DNA from: a virus
DNA: 64,000 nucleotides
IMG/VR virus record: IMGVR_UViG_3300021400_000020
Location: 32,964 to 96,963 of that record
Strand: one strand, 5' to 3'
Below, in pieces: positions 52,164-62,521 of the stretch. Under the pieces are notes generated by a model. The model was not told where the DNA came from. It saw only the letters and a list, made by a program, of their open reading frames with translations, and did no database searches. Each line of letters starts with the position of its first letter. Position 1 is the stretch's first letter. Made by a program: the position numbers and the translations under genes.

Positions 52164-55100
52164 TTATTGCGTGATGTTAGCCACCAAATTCAATCCTACA
52201 CTTTGCGAACCGACGGCAAAAGCCGATAGGTTCTGGTCGGCGTCGCCATTTATTGTCAGGTCTATTCCTTTATAAGCGGTAACTGCATAAGCCTTGTCAG
52301 CGTCAACCATGCAAGCGTAATAGCCAAGTTCATCGGTATCGCACTGAAATTCATCTTCTCCATTGTCAAAGGTAATCCGTGCTCCAGCAACTGCACTGTT
52401 CGACCTGTCAATCAGTCTTCCATAGACATAGATAACAGTATCACTACGAGAAGCAGAACGCTCAATCTCCCAATAGATACACTCCTTGCCGTTGAACTCT
52501 CCAAGACAGCATTGAAGAATGGCTATCTGGGACGTGCCAACAGAAGTGTAATCAATGCGACTGTATTGTGGAGAGACTGCGATAGGGTCTGTGTCTTCAA
52601 CCTCATGGCTTGTATTACCAAACGAAACACCTCGACTCCTAACCTCGACCAAGAATCGGCTCTTTATATTCAACGCATACAGTAAATTGTTAGAGATATA
52701 TGGGAAAAGATAGAACTTCTTTCCTATACACTGCCGTAAATCCTCACTCGTCATACCAGGAAACTCAACCAAATCCCTATCATTAAGGGCACTACACTCA
52801 ATATGAACTACCCCATCAGAATCAGAATACAAGGAAGGAAGATATAACGTGTGAGAGGTGGAAGCTGTGAATTCAATGATACTGCCCCAGCGCAAAGGAT
52901 TCAAAAACCAAACCTCACCTTCTGAAAGAACCTTCCTTTGTATCAAGTTGTTCAGTACGCCTGCAATCGTGCAGTTATTCATCTCGGCATTGCCTTCCTC
53001 ATCTACCTTGAAATTGCCGTTGATAGTCGTATAGCCCTCAAGACGGATATTGTCAGCCTTAATCAACACACCTCCCTTGATAAAGTTGTTGCCGTATTCA
53101 TCCTCGACGCGCTGACCTTTTGAATCCAGCTCATACTGAATATATGTGCTAATTTGAGAAGCAATCGTAAACTGACCATTCTTAATATAACCAGTAAACG
53201 TCGAAGCAAAGCCTTCCGTAGTCACAAAACCGCTCGTCAATGATTCTACATCAGATTCTGTTACATAATGATTCGAATTCAAATGATCACGAATAGAACT
53301 TAACAAAGAATCGGAATTGACATAGTGGTTCGAAACATACTGGAGAATGTAGTTTTGAGTGAGAGATAGTAGAGAATTTCGCGTCATTGGAGTACCAGCA
53401 ATACTATAAAGATGCAATGTGCCACCACTCACACGCAACGTGATACCCTGCGCATAATCAAAATTCAACTCGATACTATCTTCAGCAAAACCGTCAGTTC
53501 CTATATACTCGAAGGACTGCGTAATATCTTTCCAGGACTGAGCAGAATCGGTGGATTCCTTGGATTTGACTCGAACCTTTGCGTTTTCTGAGACAGATTC
53601 AAAAACACCTTTGAACCTAAAAGTAATGGCTTCACCATCATATTCTTTAGCTGTTGGAAGTAAACCAAACTTCAACTCGATATATTCTGGATATACGGTC
53701 TCCTTAATACACAGGCAAGGCAAACCGCCAAAGATTTCTTCGTAGATATAACCTTCGGTCTCTTCTCCGTCGGCAGACCCATTGCCATTGTAATAATCAA
53801 AACTTCTATAGAGATTCGAGAATATCTTGTTGCCTGACAGGGAAGAAACACGCATCTGAATAGCGTCAGCCGTTTGCCTGATTTCAGACGTGCTACTCTC
53901 CACGACTTCAAGAAGAGTGCCGACCGACGTTATCTTTTCGAGATAGAAAACCGTACCATCACAACGAATAGTGAAACTCCTACTATAGTCAAGCATGACA
54001 GGCACCACAACCTCGGTCAAGCCCTCCGTATCAGGGAATACAAACAAAGGGTCATCCTGCAACTCGGAATAGAGCTGGGCAACACCCGAAGACTTGTGAT
54101 AGGTAACACGAAGATGAATCTGCTCACCGTCAAGCTGACTCGCACTCGGCAAGAGAGTGAAGCGGACATTGATACCAACCTGGTCGTCGTCAATCATCAA
54201 GACAGACTTGCCTTGGAAAGTGGTCTCTTGAATCAACCAAGTGTCATGCTCAGGATAATCCGCTTCAAACGTATAACCTCCAACGAAAGGAGCAACAGGC
54301 GTAAGGAATATTTCCTTGGCAAGCTCCTTCTCAATCGTACTGCTGACCGTCGAGACGATACTATTGCTGAGCAACTCAATCGCCGCCGTATTGCTGGCAA
54401 CATCGTTGCCAAGTTGTTGCAGACTCTCCACCTGAAGGGCAATCTCGTGGGCTGTCTGTGAGATGGAAGACTGGTATTCGCTGATAATATTGGTAGTATC
54501 ATCGGACAAGGAACAGTCACGCAAGAAGACACCAGCATACTCTATGCGGATGAAAAGTTGCGTAAAGCCCTGATGCGAACTGCTATTCTCGTAGGACCAA
54601 CTGCTCTTGAAGCGAAGGGTGTTATACTTCGTGCTGTCTGCCACAAGAGACTGGACATAGAGAGTTCTCGTCGTACCATCATGGAACTTCTCACCAACAA
54701 TAATCTTCGGAAGGACGGTTGCAGAGTTGAAGTTAGTAATGACAGTGCTACACTTATACGTCAATCTGAAGACAATAGGACGACTCGCGTGCTCAATCGG
54801 TTCAATCACATCAGGAACGACAGCCCTCGATATGCCATCATCGCCACTTAATGCCTGAATATCGATAACGGTTCTACCACCATCTGTGGCAGCGGTAACA
54901 TGACTACTCGATGTGTCCTCCTTGGAATCATCGTACTTGTGGCAATGGTAAAGCCCCTCAGAGAACAACGGGTCAAGTATATAATCGTTGGCATCCGTCG
55001 CGTTGATGTCTCGCGTACTGCTGACAGTGCTCGTAATGCCGTCTGCTGTTTGCTCTACGGCTGACAACCTACCATTGAATCCGTTGACAGTCGAAGAAAT

Positions 55101-58100
55101 ACTATTGACAGTCTGCTTGATTTCTGAACGTGCAGACTGAGCAAACGCAATGGCATTCGCACTGACACAGAAGTCGGTCAGATAAACCTGTGCAGCACTA
55201 CCACTTGTCGCACCCTGGACACCAATATAAAGGTTCTCCCTTCCACATAGGAAAGTGGTACGCAAATAGACATAGGTCGTTGATTGGGAAAGTTCAAAAC
55301 GCGCTATCTCAGTCGTGGTTTCAGCCGTATTGCCAACGGCATCACCATTGCCTTTATGAAGAACAAGCAACGCACTGGCAGAAAGACATCTGACACCAAT
55401 ACGAATATAAGTCGGAAAATTGGTAATATCCGCACCGACACTACTGTAGTCCATCTTCGGCTTGATACCACGCAACGAACCATTATCAGCATGGATATTG
55501 ATGATATACTTGTTACCCGACGCTATCGATTGCACATGGTTGCCTGAATCCTCTGTGTCGGACAACCACTTGGAATAGCCGTAGTCGCCACCCTCACCAT
55601 ACTCAAACAAAGGGTCAACAACATAGTCGTTGGCTTCCTTGGCAGATATGTTTCGGGTTTCTTCAACCGTACTGGTAATGGAATCGCTCAACTGCTGAAT
55701 GGAGGAGGACTGATTTTGTAAACTACTATCAACATGAGATTTCCACCCAGAGTAAGTTTGCAAGAAAGAGGAAAAAGCTATCAAATTTCCATTAGCATCA
55801 AAAGCACTCACAATCCCTTGAATAGACTGAGCGGTTTGCTCCAACTGGGAAGAGAAACGGTTAATCAGAGCTTCATTCAAGTTCAGACTAACAACAAAAC
55901 CAAAAATCCTAACGGCACGTCCGTTGGTGTAAATAGAGAAGTCACCCTGTCCGTCCCAGTTGAAAGAGGTGGCAACCTTGTTGTATTTGCCATCTGCCTT
56001 GATGCTCAGAGAGGTATCAACAGAACCCAGCACCAACCGAACGGATGTGTCCGTGCTATTGCCAACAGGCTCCGCCATCGCATAGAACGAGACAGCAACC
56101 GTCTGAGGAATAATCTGCTGGTTCTCATCTCGCTCAAAAGTCGGCAAATTACGCATGTCAGCATTGAACTGAACAATACCGCGACTGTGCTCGTAGTCAC
56201 CACAAATCTCAACGTACTTTCGACCGTTAGACTCACCCATACGGGTGTAATAAGCCGTACCACCATCACTAAGAATATTAGTGCTATCACCAATGAGATA
56301 GGCATTTCCATCGCTCTCATCGATACGGAAGAACTGACCGCCAGCATAAATATTCCACTTGTCCCAACCATCAGCGAAAGCATTGTTGGAAATGAAGCCT
56401 TCGTCGGCTATCAAGTCCTCACGCAAGGCACTCACAGAGCTGCGGACAACACCATCCAACACCTGAAACAAAGTGCCTAAGTCCTGATACTCGTTATTGA
56501 TTTTAACGATGAACTTACCCTTCAACCAGGCATTGTCGGAATAAAGTCCATAACCGTTAGGCTGCTCCAAACCGTTCCAAAAAGCATCATCGATACCATC
56601 CAAGCAACCCAAGCGACAACGAAGATTGCCACCACCTGCTTTGGAATTGCAGCCGTCCATAACGTCGATGCGAGGAACACCGTCCTCGGTAGCACTGATA
56701 TAGATATAGTTCTGACGCTTCACATATTGAGTGTTACCCATCAGCACACACTCATCATTCACCTGCGGTACAGAACCAGCATCCAGCATGGAGGTCTCGC
56801 CTGTCACGGGGTCAGTGTATTCAATCGGAGCACCAAACTCGCTACAAGGCACAAGAATGTCATAGGCGGAAGAAAACTCAACCAAGACTTGTTGTTCCTG
56901 CTCATCTAACACGGGCTGCCACTCGTCGTCAAGGAGATATAAAGGGCTTGGGGTTTCAGCATTGTCACTATTGGTGAAAGCGGAAGTGTCGGGATATGCC
57001 ACTTCCACCCAATAGTATTGCATGGCATCCACATCTGGAAGGTCAGCGTCATCATCGTCCGTACCCATATTATACCTGCCATTATTCCAACGCTGGCAAC
57101 GCATTAGGTCGTGACGCACAAAGTTATTGGTATCTTCAAATGTAATTTTGTAGTATTCTACATTGTTCGCAAGTACACGCTGCACTGCCTTGACCTTTCC
57201 TTGAGCTGCACTGACAATCAATATACCACCCACGGAACGAATCTTCTGAATAACCAGCTCAAAGATATACATGATTCTGCGCACGGTAAGCGTGTCGAGT
57301 TCCATGTTCCAGCCAGTGTGTTCATCAAACCAAATCTTCGCACCATGACCGTTGAAACCACTCTGGAAAGATGCACCTACCTTCGTTTCTGGATCTGCAC
57401 TGACCAATTCAGAAAAGACACCGTTCACAATCGTAGTGAGCTTGCGAACAAACAAATTGTCCAACTCCCCGCCCCATTCGTCATTGTTGCCCTTGACAAA
57501 TCGACCTCCCACACCTTGAACACCACCTTCAAAACCAAGTTGAGAGCCAAGGAAAAGGGAACCAAGAATTTCAGCTACCGCACTTGCGTTAATGCCTAAC
57601 TTCTCGGTAATCCTGACATTGGCATGGGTTTCAACACCCGTATGACTCTCGTCGCCTGAATGGGATTCAACACCTCTATGCGTCTCTGCAGACTCATGAA
57701 ACTCCTGACCCTTGAAAGTGGCAGTTCCCGTCTTGAAGACGACATTGCCGGAATGGGACTCGTCGTTCTGAAAATATACCTGACCTTCATGTACTTCCGT
57801 CCCACCATGCTCCTCCGCATCATGGAACGTAGCCAGCCCACTCACGTCAATGCCTGACTGAAAACTAATCTTTCCTGCCGCCGTGTCATTATGGACCTTA
57901 CTCAAATACAAGTCATCAAGCTCTTCCAGCTTCTTCTTGATATACAATTTGATGTAGCCAGCCGTCGCTAACTGACTGTCATTCATGCCTGCATCATCCT
58001 CCAAGCCGCGAGCCATCGTCAACAAGGTAGATAACTCAACACCATCAAAAACGAACTTCTTGCCATTGCCAATCGTCAAGCCACCTAAAGCCATCAGCAT

Positions 58101-58667
58101 ACCACCAACAGACAAGGAACCGACAATCTCAAGCATCTTGACAGGATAATTGAAGACAAGGTTGCCTTCGACATCCAAGGAGAAATACTCGTTGCTCGCC
58201 TCTCGCTCTCCCCTATCCGTACCTAACAATCCAGAATCATAGGAAATGACACGCTCACCCTCCGAAGGAGCAGACACCTGACCAATACGGACGTACCAGA
58301 AATCGGCATCCTCGACAGCCGATTCATCCGCCAACTCCCCTTGCTCGTTCAGGATACGACCATAGACATCGTACAGGTTGGGAGAATAAATCACCAAAGC
58401 CGTTCTGCCTACCTTCGTCAGACGGGCATAGATATACAGCATCTTATTGGCATGGGCTGACGAGAAGGCAGTGGGATAGGCATAGAGAAGCCAACGGTCG
58501 TAACTGCCGTCTGCAGAGAAGCCAATGGGCGTTCCTGTATAAACAAGAATTTTTGTACCTTGCTGCAAGGAAACACTCACCTTCTCGGAGTCTCCCAGGG
58601 CATTCTCTGAGAAACTCAAAGCAAAAGGCGCAATGTAGTAAGTGTTGTTATTCTGAGTGCGAATCAT
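52164..58667 (-). CDS. second giant tail-fibre-like protein (2167 aa)
   Basis: Repeated Q-T-A-x-x-I / S-T-V modules typical of phage host-specificity proteins (IRQTADAIQMRVSSL, VEQTADGITSTVSS). The C-terminus has a CarboxypepD_reg-like segment (VYGRLIDRSNSAVAGARITF). Confidence 0.7.
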   Translation of the reverse strand: MIRTQNNNTYYIAPFALSFSENALGDSEKVSVSLQQGTKILVYTGTPIGFSADGSYDRWLLYAYPTAFSSAHANKMLYIYARLTKVGRTALVIYSPNLYDVYGRILNEQGELADESAVEDADFWYVRIGQVSAPSEGERVISYDSGLLGTDRGEREASNEYFSLDVEGNLVFNYPVKMLEIVGSLSVGGMLMALGGLTIGNGKKFVFDGVELSTLLTMARGLEDDAGMNDSQLATAGYIKLYIKKKLEELDDLYLSKVHNDTAAGKISFQSGIDVSGLATFHDAEEHGGTEVHEGQVYFQNDESHSGNVVFKTGTATFKGQEFHESAETHRGVESHSGDESHTGVETHANVRITEKLGINASAVAEILGSLFLGSQLGFEGGVQGVGGRFVKGNNDEWGGELDNLFVRKLTTIVNGVFSELVSADPETKVGASFQSGFNGHGAKIWFDEHTGWNMELDTLTVRRIMYIFELVIQKIRSVGGILIVSAAQGKVKAVQRVLANNVEYYKITFEDTNNFVRHDLMRCQRWNNGRYNMGTDDDDADLPDVDAMQYYWVEVAYPDTSAFTNSDNAETPSPLYLLDDEWQPVLDEQEQQVLVEFSSAYDILVPCSEFGAPIEYTDPVTGETSMLDAGSVPQVNDECVLMGNTQYVKRQNYIYISATEDGVPRIDVMDGCNSKAGGGNLRCRLGCLDGIDDAFWNGLEQPNGYGLYSDNAWLKGKFIVKINNEYQDLGTLFQVLDGVVRSSVSALREDLIADEGFISNNAFADGWDKWNIYAGGQFFRIDESDGNAYLIGDSTNILSDGGTAYYTRMGESNGRKYVEICGDYEHSRGIVQFNADMRNLPTFERDENQQIIPQTVAVSFYAMAEPVGNSTDTSVRLVLGSVDTSLSIKADGKYNKVATSFNWDGQGDFSIYTNGRAVRIFGFVVSLNLNEALINRFSSQLEQTAQSIQGIVSAFDANGNLIAFSSFLQTYSGWKSHVDSSLQNQSSSIQQLSDSITSTVEETRNISAKEANDYVVDPLFEYGEGGDYGYSKWLSDTEDSGNHVQSIASGNKYIINIHADNGSLRGIKPKMDYSSVGADITNFPTYIRIGVRCLSASALLVLHKGNGDAVGNTAETTTEIARFELSQSTTYVYLRTTFLCGRENLYIGVQGATSGSAAQVYLTDFCVSANAIAFAQSARSEIKQTVNSISSTVNGFNGRLSAVEQTADGITSTVSSTRDINATDANDYILDPLFSEGLYHCHKYDDSKEDTSSSHVTAATDGGRTVIDIQALSGDDGISRAVVPDVIEPIEHASRPIVFRLTYKCSTVITNFNSATVLPKIIVGEKFHDGTTRTLYVQSLVADSTKYNTLRFKSSWSYENSSSHQGFTQLFIRIEYAGVFLRDCSLSDDTTNIISEYQSSISQTAHEIALQVESLQQLGNDVASNTAAIELLSNSIVSTVSSTIEKELAKEIFLTPVAPFVGGYTFEADYPEHDTWLIQETTFQGKSVLMIDDDQVGINVRFTLLPSASQLDGEQIHLRVTYHKSSGVAQLYSELQDDPLFVFPDTEGLTEVVVPVMLDYSRSFTIRCDGTVFYLEKITSVGTLLEVVESSTSEIRQTADAIQMRVSSLSGNKIFSNLYRSFDYYNGNGSADGEETEGYIYEEIFGGLPCLCIKETVYPEYIELKFGLLPTAKEYDGEAITFRFKGVFESVSENAKVRVKSKESTDSAQSWKDITQSFEYIGTDGFAEDSIELNFDYAQGITLRVSGGTLHLYSIAGTPMTRNSLLSLTQNYILQYVSNHYVNSDSLLSSIRDHLNSNHYVTESDVESLTSGFVTTEGFASTFTGYIKNGQFTIASQISTYIQYELDSKGQRVEDEYGNNFIKGGVLIKADNIRLEGYTTINGNFKVDEEGNAEMNNCTIAGVLNNLIQRKVLSEGEVWFLNPLRWGSIIEFTASTSHTLYLPSLYSDSDGVVHIECSALNDRDLVEFPGMTSEDLRQCIGKKFYLFPYISNNLLYALNIKSRFLVEVRSRGVSFGNTSHEVEDTDPIAVSPQYSRIDYTSVGTSQIAILQCCLGEFNGKECIYWEIERSASRSDTVIYVYGRLIDRSNSAVAGARITFDNGEDEFQCDTDELGYYACMVDADKAYAVTAYKGIDLTINGDADQNLSAFAVGSQSVGLNLVANITQ

Positions 58668-58744
58668 AACGCGAATGGACGCTTTAAAAACATTTCAAAA
58701 TTAAACAAACCACACCGACGACAAAAGGACATTATTGGTAATGA

Positions 58745-58785
58745 CAAAAAATGAGGGCACTAACCCATTGCGGATTAGCACCCTC
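58745..58785 (-). terminator. terminator-like hairpin after the 194-aa gene
   Basis: In - sense: GAGGGTGCTAA [TCCGCAATGGG] TTAGTGCCCTC (2-nt internal mismatch) followed by ATTTTTTGT. Confidence 0.45.
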
Positions 58786-58811
58786 GGCAGAGTGATTGGG
58801 TGGGGGAAATG

Positions 58812-59396
58812 CTACTGAGCGCTTGCGGAAGCGAGCCAATCGTCGAGCGAGCCTGTTGCTGGACCAGCCCAAGTCATGGCAGGGTACTTCATCTTGGCAC
58901 AAGTACAAGTGACTGTGTGTCCGTGCTCGTCGTCTGGGTTCGCACCAGTGTCGCCCTCAAGCTGGAACTGTGCACTCGCATACTGGCTGAAAAGCACATA
59001 GCACTCGTTGCCGTTACCAGTCGGAATCAAAACACCGAAGTCGGTGGCGTTCATGGCACGTGCGAGGCGAGAGAACTTCTTCATGCCCTTGCTGACGATG
59101 AAACGACCAACGTTGGTGAAGCCGCCGCCATCTGGAGTGTTCGTCCAGGTGACCTGACCACTGTTAGGCTTGATGTCAACACCGACAAGCTTGCCTTGAA
59201 GATTGGCAAAACTACTTGCTGTATAAGCAGCATTATCAGTGTCAACCTCTGGATAGACGTACTTCTTCTCTGTCGAATCGTAGAGTTGACTCTTCTTGAA
59301 GAGATAGATGCGTTCTGCGGTTCCAGAGAAATTCTCCTCGCACTCGGCATCCTGATTCAGCACGTCGATAAAGTCACAAATATTAGATGCTGGCAT
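58812..59396 (-). CDS. hypothetical virion protein (194 aa) downstream of the capsid gene
   Basis: ATG ORF on the operon strand. The overlapping + ORF 58800..59414 was rejected as a shadow. Confidence 0.55.
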   Translation of the reverse strand: MPASNICDFIDVLNQDAECEENFSGTAERIYLFKKSQLYDSTEKKYVYPEVDTDNAAYTASSFANLQGKLVGVDIKPNSGQVTWTNTPDGGGFTNVGRFIVSKGMKKFSRLARAMNATDFGVLIPTGNGNECYVLFSQYASAQFQLEGDTGANPDDEHGHTVTCTCAKMKYPAMTWAGPATGSLDDWLASASAQ

Positions 59397-59528
59397 AATG
59401 AATATGGGTTTTAAGTGAGTTTCGAATTAATATGACTTGTAAGAATGGACTTTGGCACGACATCCGCTTTAGGGCTTAAAACAAACGCCAAAGCCAAAGC
59501 CAGTCTTCATGTTCGTAACGCCATGCGT

Positions 59529-60791
59529 TTAGGAGCGGATGTAATAAGCCTTCTGTGCGGTTACAGTCTCATCGTTCGTCAGAACGTAACCACCATTGCC
59601 GTCCGACTCATACCAACCGTTAGTCTTAGGGTTCGCACCTGCTTCAGCAAGGGCTTCGGAACCTACAGGAGTATAAGTGTAGGTCGTCTCACCTCCACCG
59701 CCTCCGTCACCAGAGTCTCCGTCATCAGAGGAAGCGGAAATCGTAACTGCGTAGGCGCTCACGTCTTCATCCTCAAATGGAGTTGGCGTCAACGTACCTG
59801 TAGTGATGGCGAACGCACGGGAAAGCACGTCAAGCACACGAGTACCACAAGCCACCTGGATCTGATAACGAATCACATTCGCATCATTGTAGCTCTGAGC
59901 CAAGTCGATAAAAGCACTGTTGGCTTCACCATTGGAAGTCAGGTCTGCACCATACTCGAAGTTGTCAGGCTCTGTGAAAATGAGAACGTCACCTTCACCC
60001 ATGATGTCGAGCGGTACAAACTGAACATTCTTCAAGCCGACAAAGCGGAACTCAGGGTTATAGACGGTCTCCTTCTGGAGTGACTGGTACTTGAGAAGAT
60101 AGCCTTCGCAAATCAGACGATGGGTCTCTACAGTACAGTAGCAAAGCAGAAGAGGAAGACGACGAAGACGAGGGTCGAGCTGGTTGTAGGCAGTCACCAC
60201 ATTGTCGAAGTTGGCAATCTTGTCAGCCACAGTAGTAGCTGCTGCGATTGGCGACATGGCAATGAGGTTCTTGTTGGCAACACTGATGGTACCATCGGCG
60301 ATGTCGTCAGTGATGTGCTTCAACCAACCATCGTAGGCATCCCAAGTGGTAGTCTTGGCAGTGTCACGCTTGGAAAAGAACAAAGCACAGTAGATATCTT
60401 CACCAAAAGTAGTGGCAACCTGACGAAGGTTGAACTCAATGTGCGGAGCATTCAGAGGACCACCAGAGCTGACACCTGCCATCGAAAGCGGCTCCTTCTC
60501 TCGGTAGTTCTGAACATTGTCGGGAACAAAGTTGAACACAGGAGCAACCTTCAGCTCGCGTGGCACAACCTTTCCAATCGTACTCGAAAGCTGCTTCTCC
60601 TGAACGTAGCTGGTGGCAGTACCACGCTTGCGCTTGAAGAGGTACTTGGTATTCGCATTCTCGATGTCGGTATGCACAACAGCGTGCATCTCTGCGAAGA
60701 CGGCATGATTGACAATCGCTATGTCCTCCTTGAGGTCGCGCTCAATCTGGTTCTTCACATTCTGAACCAAAGTTAAATCGATTGCTGGCAT
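59529..60791 (-). CDS. putative major capsid protein (420 aa)
   Basis: Immediately downstream of the protease-scaffold gene, with typical size and an acidic/Gly-rich C-terminal extension. No motif-level proof. Confidence 0.55.
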   Translation of the reverse strand: MPAIDLTLVQNVKNQIERDLKEDIAIVNHAVFAEMHAVVHTDIENANTKYLFKRKRGTATSYVQEKQLSSTIGKVVPRELKVAPVFNFVPDNVQNYREKEPLSMAGVSSGGPLNAPHIEFNLRQVATTFGEDIYCALFFSKRDTAKTTTWDAYDGWLKHITDDIADGTISVANKNLIAMSPIAAATTVADKIANFDNVVTAYNQLDPRLRRLPLLLCYCTVETHRLICEGYLLKYQSLQKETVYNPEFRFVGLKNVQFVPLDIMGEGDVLIFTEPDNFEYGADLTSNGEANSAFIDLAQSYNDANVIRYQIQVACGTRVLDVLSRAFAITTGTLTPTPFEDEDVSAYAVTISASSDDGDSGDGGGGGETTYTYTPVGSEALAEAGANPKTNGWYESDGNGGYVLTNDETVTAQKAYYIRS

Positions 60792-60826
60792 AAATTCGTT
60801 GGTTTTAAAAGGTTAATCTATTTGGG

Positions 60827-62374
60827 TTACACAGTCTTCAGAGAGTGCATACGTGCAGCACGAGCCTGGCGCTTCTCTTCTGCCGTCATGCCCTCCTTAT
60901 AGATGGAATGGGCAGAGAGGTCGGTATGCGAAACAGCTGGACCACCATCACCTGCGGATGGAACAGGAACCTGGGGAGCACGCTTGGACACATCGTCCAA
61001 CTCCTGCTGCTTGGCTGCAAGGTCTTGCTGCAACCGCTGAACCTGAGCTTTAGACGCATCAAGCTGAGAACGAAGAGCGTCAAGTTCTGTGTCCTTGGCG
61101 GAAAGCGCGTCCTGATGGGAAGCTGACAACTCCTGCACCTTGGCATCCATCTCCTGCTGATGAGTGGATTTCAAAAGGTCCATCTCCTGCTGATGAGCGG
61201 AAACAGCGGAAGCAAGGTCGGTAGCCGACTTGTCACGCTCTTCCTGAACAAGCAGATTCAACTTGGTAATCTCATCCTGCTTGGCAGCAAGCGTCAACTT
61301 GGTGGTCTCGGCTTCAGCCAAAGACTTGTCGATACACTCCGCGTAAGACTCGTTAAGATAGACTCCGTTCGTGGAATCGCTCTCCAACGCTTCCAAACCG
61401 AGTGCCTTCTGAATGTTTTCGTAATTCTTCATATTTATTGAGGATTGTGAGGAGGACACCCTCCTCTGGTTACTATTGCTTCGAGAAAAGGATGCGGATG
61501 AGGAAACTGACATCAACTCATCAACACACCCTCGAATGGTATTCTGACCATCCACTAAACTTCCGACAACATCTTTAACAACATAGACATCACCACTAAG
61601 CTGCTCTTCCTGAACGGAAGGACGACATGAACGTACCAACGACATGAACTCGTCGTCGCACTTGTCCAAATCCTTCTGAAGTGTCTCAAAATTGCCGTCT
61701 TTAACATCACGAATCAGCTTGTTCTTCAGACTGCTCTTGGAAGCGTATAACTCTACAAATTCCTCCTGAGTGATACTGTTCACATCACCATGACGCTGAA
61801 TATAAAAAGCTGCAAAGACACCGATACTGCCTACCTTGTCGTTCGGATTCACAAAATAAATCTTGTCACACTGCGATGCTAAAGCATAACCAGCAGAACA
61901 ACAGGAACCATCTATCAAAGCATAAACCTTCTGACCCTTAGAATGAGCATAATCGATCGCTATGCGAAAATCATACAAGGAATCAAAACTGCCACCCAAC
62001 GTATTGATGATAAACAAATGACCACGACACTGACGGAAGTCGGCAATCTTCATCAACTGGTCACGCAAGTCCATGCTTCCGTAGGAACAGCCATCACCAC
62101 CACGAGTGATAGGACCAGAGACCCGCAGAACATCTATGACAGCATCCTCTTCCTCGAAATCTTTTTCGCTCCAATAACGACTACTGGTCAGATAAAGCTT
62201 CGACTGAAAATCATGGTGATGAGAAGAAAGCAAATAACCAGGCTTCTTCTGACTCTTATAAACAGCTAAATCCACACGAGACGATACACCAAACTCGACG
62301 TCTTTGCGATAACCTCGCAAGGCATCTTGTTCCATCGCCCAAAACTTAGTTGTCAGTATTTCGTGTAAAAGCAT
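60827..62374 (-). CDS. head maturation protease (S49/ClpP-like) fused to a coiled-coil scaffold region
   Basis: INTLGGSFDSLYDFRIAIDYAHSKGQKVYALIDGSCCSAGYALASQCDKIYFVNPNDKVGSIGVFA fits the S49 pattern. The C-terminal ~200 aa are Gln/Leu/Asp-rich coiled coil. An ATG is at 62374; the track start at 62395 is TTG. Confidence 0.75.
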   Translation of the reverse strand: MLLHEILTTKFWAMEQDALRGYRKDVEFGVSSRVDLAVYKSQKKPGYLLSSHHHDFQSKLYLTSSRYWSEKDFEEEDAVIDVLRVSGPITRGGDGCSYGSMDLRDQLMKIADFRQCRGHLFIINTLGGSFDSLYDFRIAIDYAHSKGQKVYALIDGSCCSAGYALASQCDKIYFVNPNDKVGSIGVFAAFYIQRHGDVNSITQEEFVELYASKSSLKNKLIRDVKDGNFETLQKDLDKCDDEFMSLVRSCRPSVQEEQLSGDVYVVKDVVGSLVDGQNTIRGCVDELMSVSSSASFSRSNSNQRRVSSSQSSINMKNYENIQKALGLEALESDSTNGVYLNESYAECIDKSLAEAETTKLTLAAKQDEITKLNLLVQEERDKSATDLASAVSAHQQEMDLLKSTHQQEMDAKVQELSASHQDALSAKDTELDALRSQLDASKAQVQRLQQDLAAKQQELDDVSKRAPQVPVPSAGDGGPAVSHTDLSAHSIYKEGMTAEEKRQARAARMHSLKTV

Positions 62375-62465
62375 GTCCGTGATAATTTTTCGCAAAGGTA
62401 TCTACCCAAAGAAAAACTATCACGGACATTTCCACAACACACATAAAATCACGAATTTATGTGCA

Positions 62466-62512
62466 ACACTCCCCTACCCCATCAATCACATTCACCCCAT
62501 AAGACCCATCAA
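62466..62512 (+). repeat. CCCCAT-type units in + orientation inside a - strand block
   Basis: CCCCTACCCCATCAATCACATTCACCCCATAAGACCCATCAAAAAACC. Confidence 0.6.
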
Positions 62513-62521
62513 AAAACCAAA

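Noticed and set aside
41182-58667. Additional (remote) VRs in the second giant fibre, the 375-aa ORF or elsewhere in the window.
   Set aside because: I found the IMH-like core GAACGCTGTGACCGCCCTGACAAC only at 43565 and 44306. A computational search with a TR that has its adenines masked would be needed to exclude diverged copies.
58800-59414. 204-aa + ORF overlapping the 194-aa - ORF.
   Set aside because: The - strand ORF fits the operon (ATG, terminator downstream) and has a globular-looking composition. The + ORF is Cys/Leu/Val-rich and isolated on its strand.
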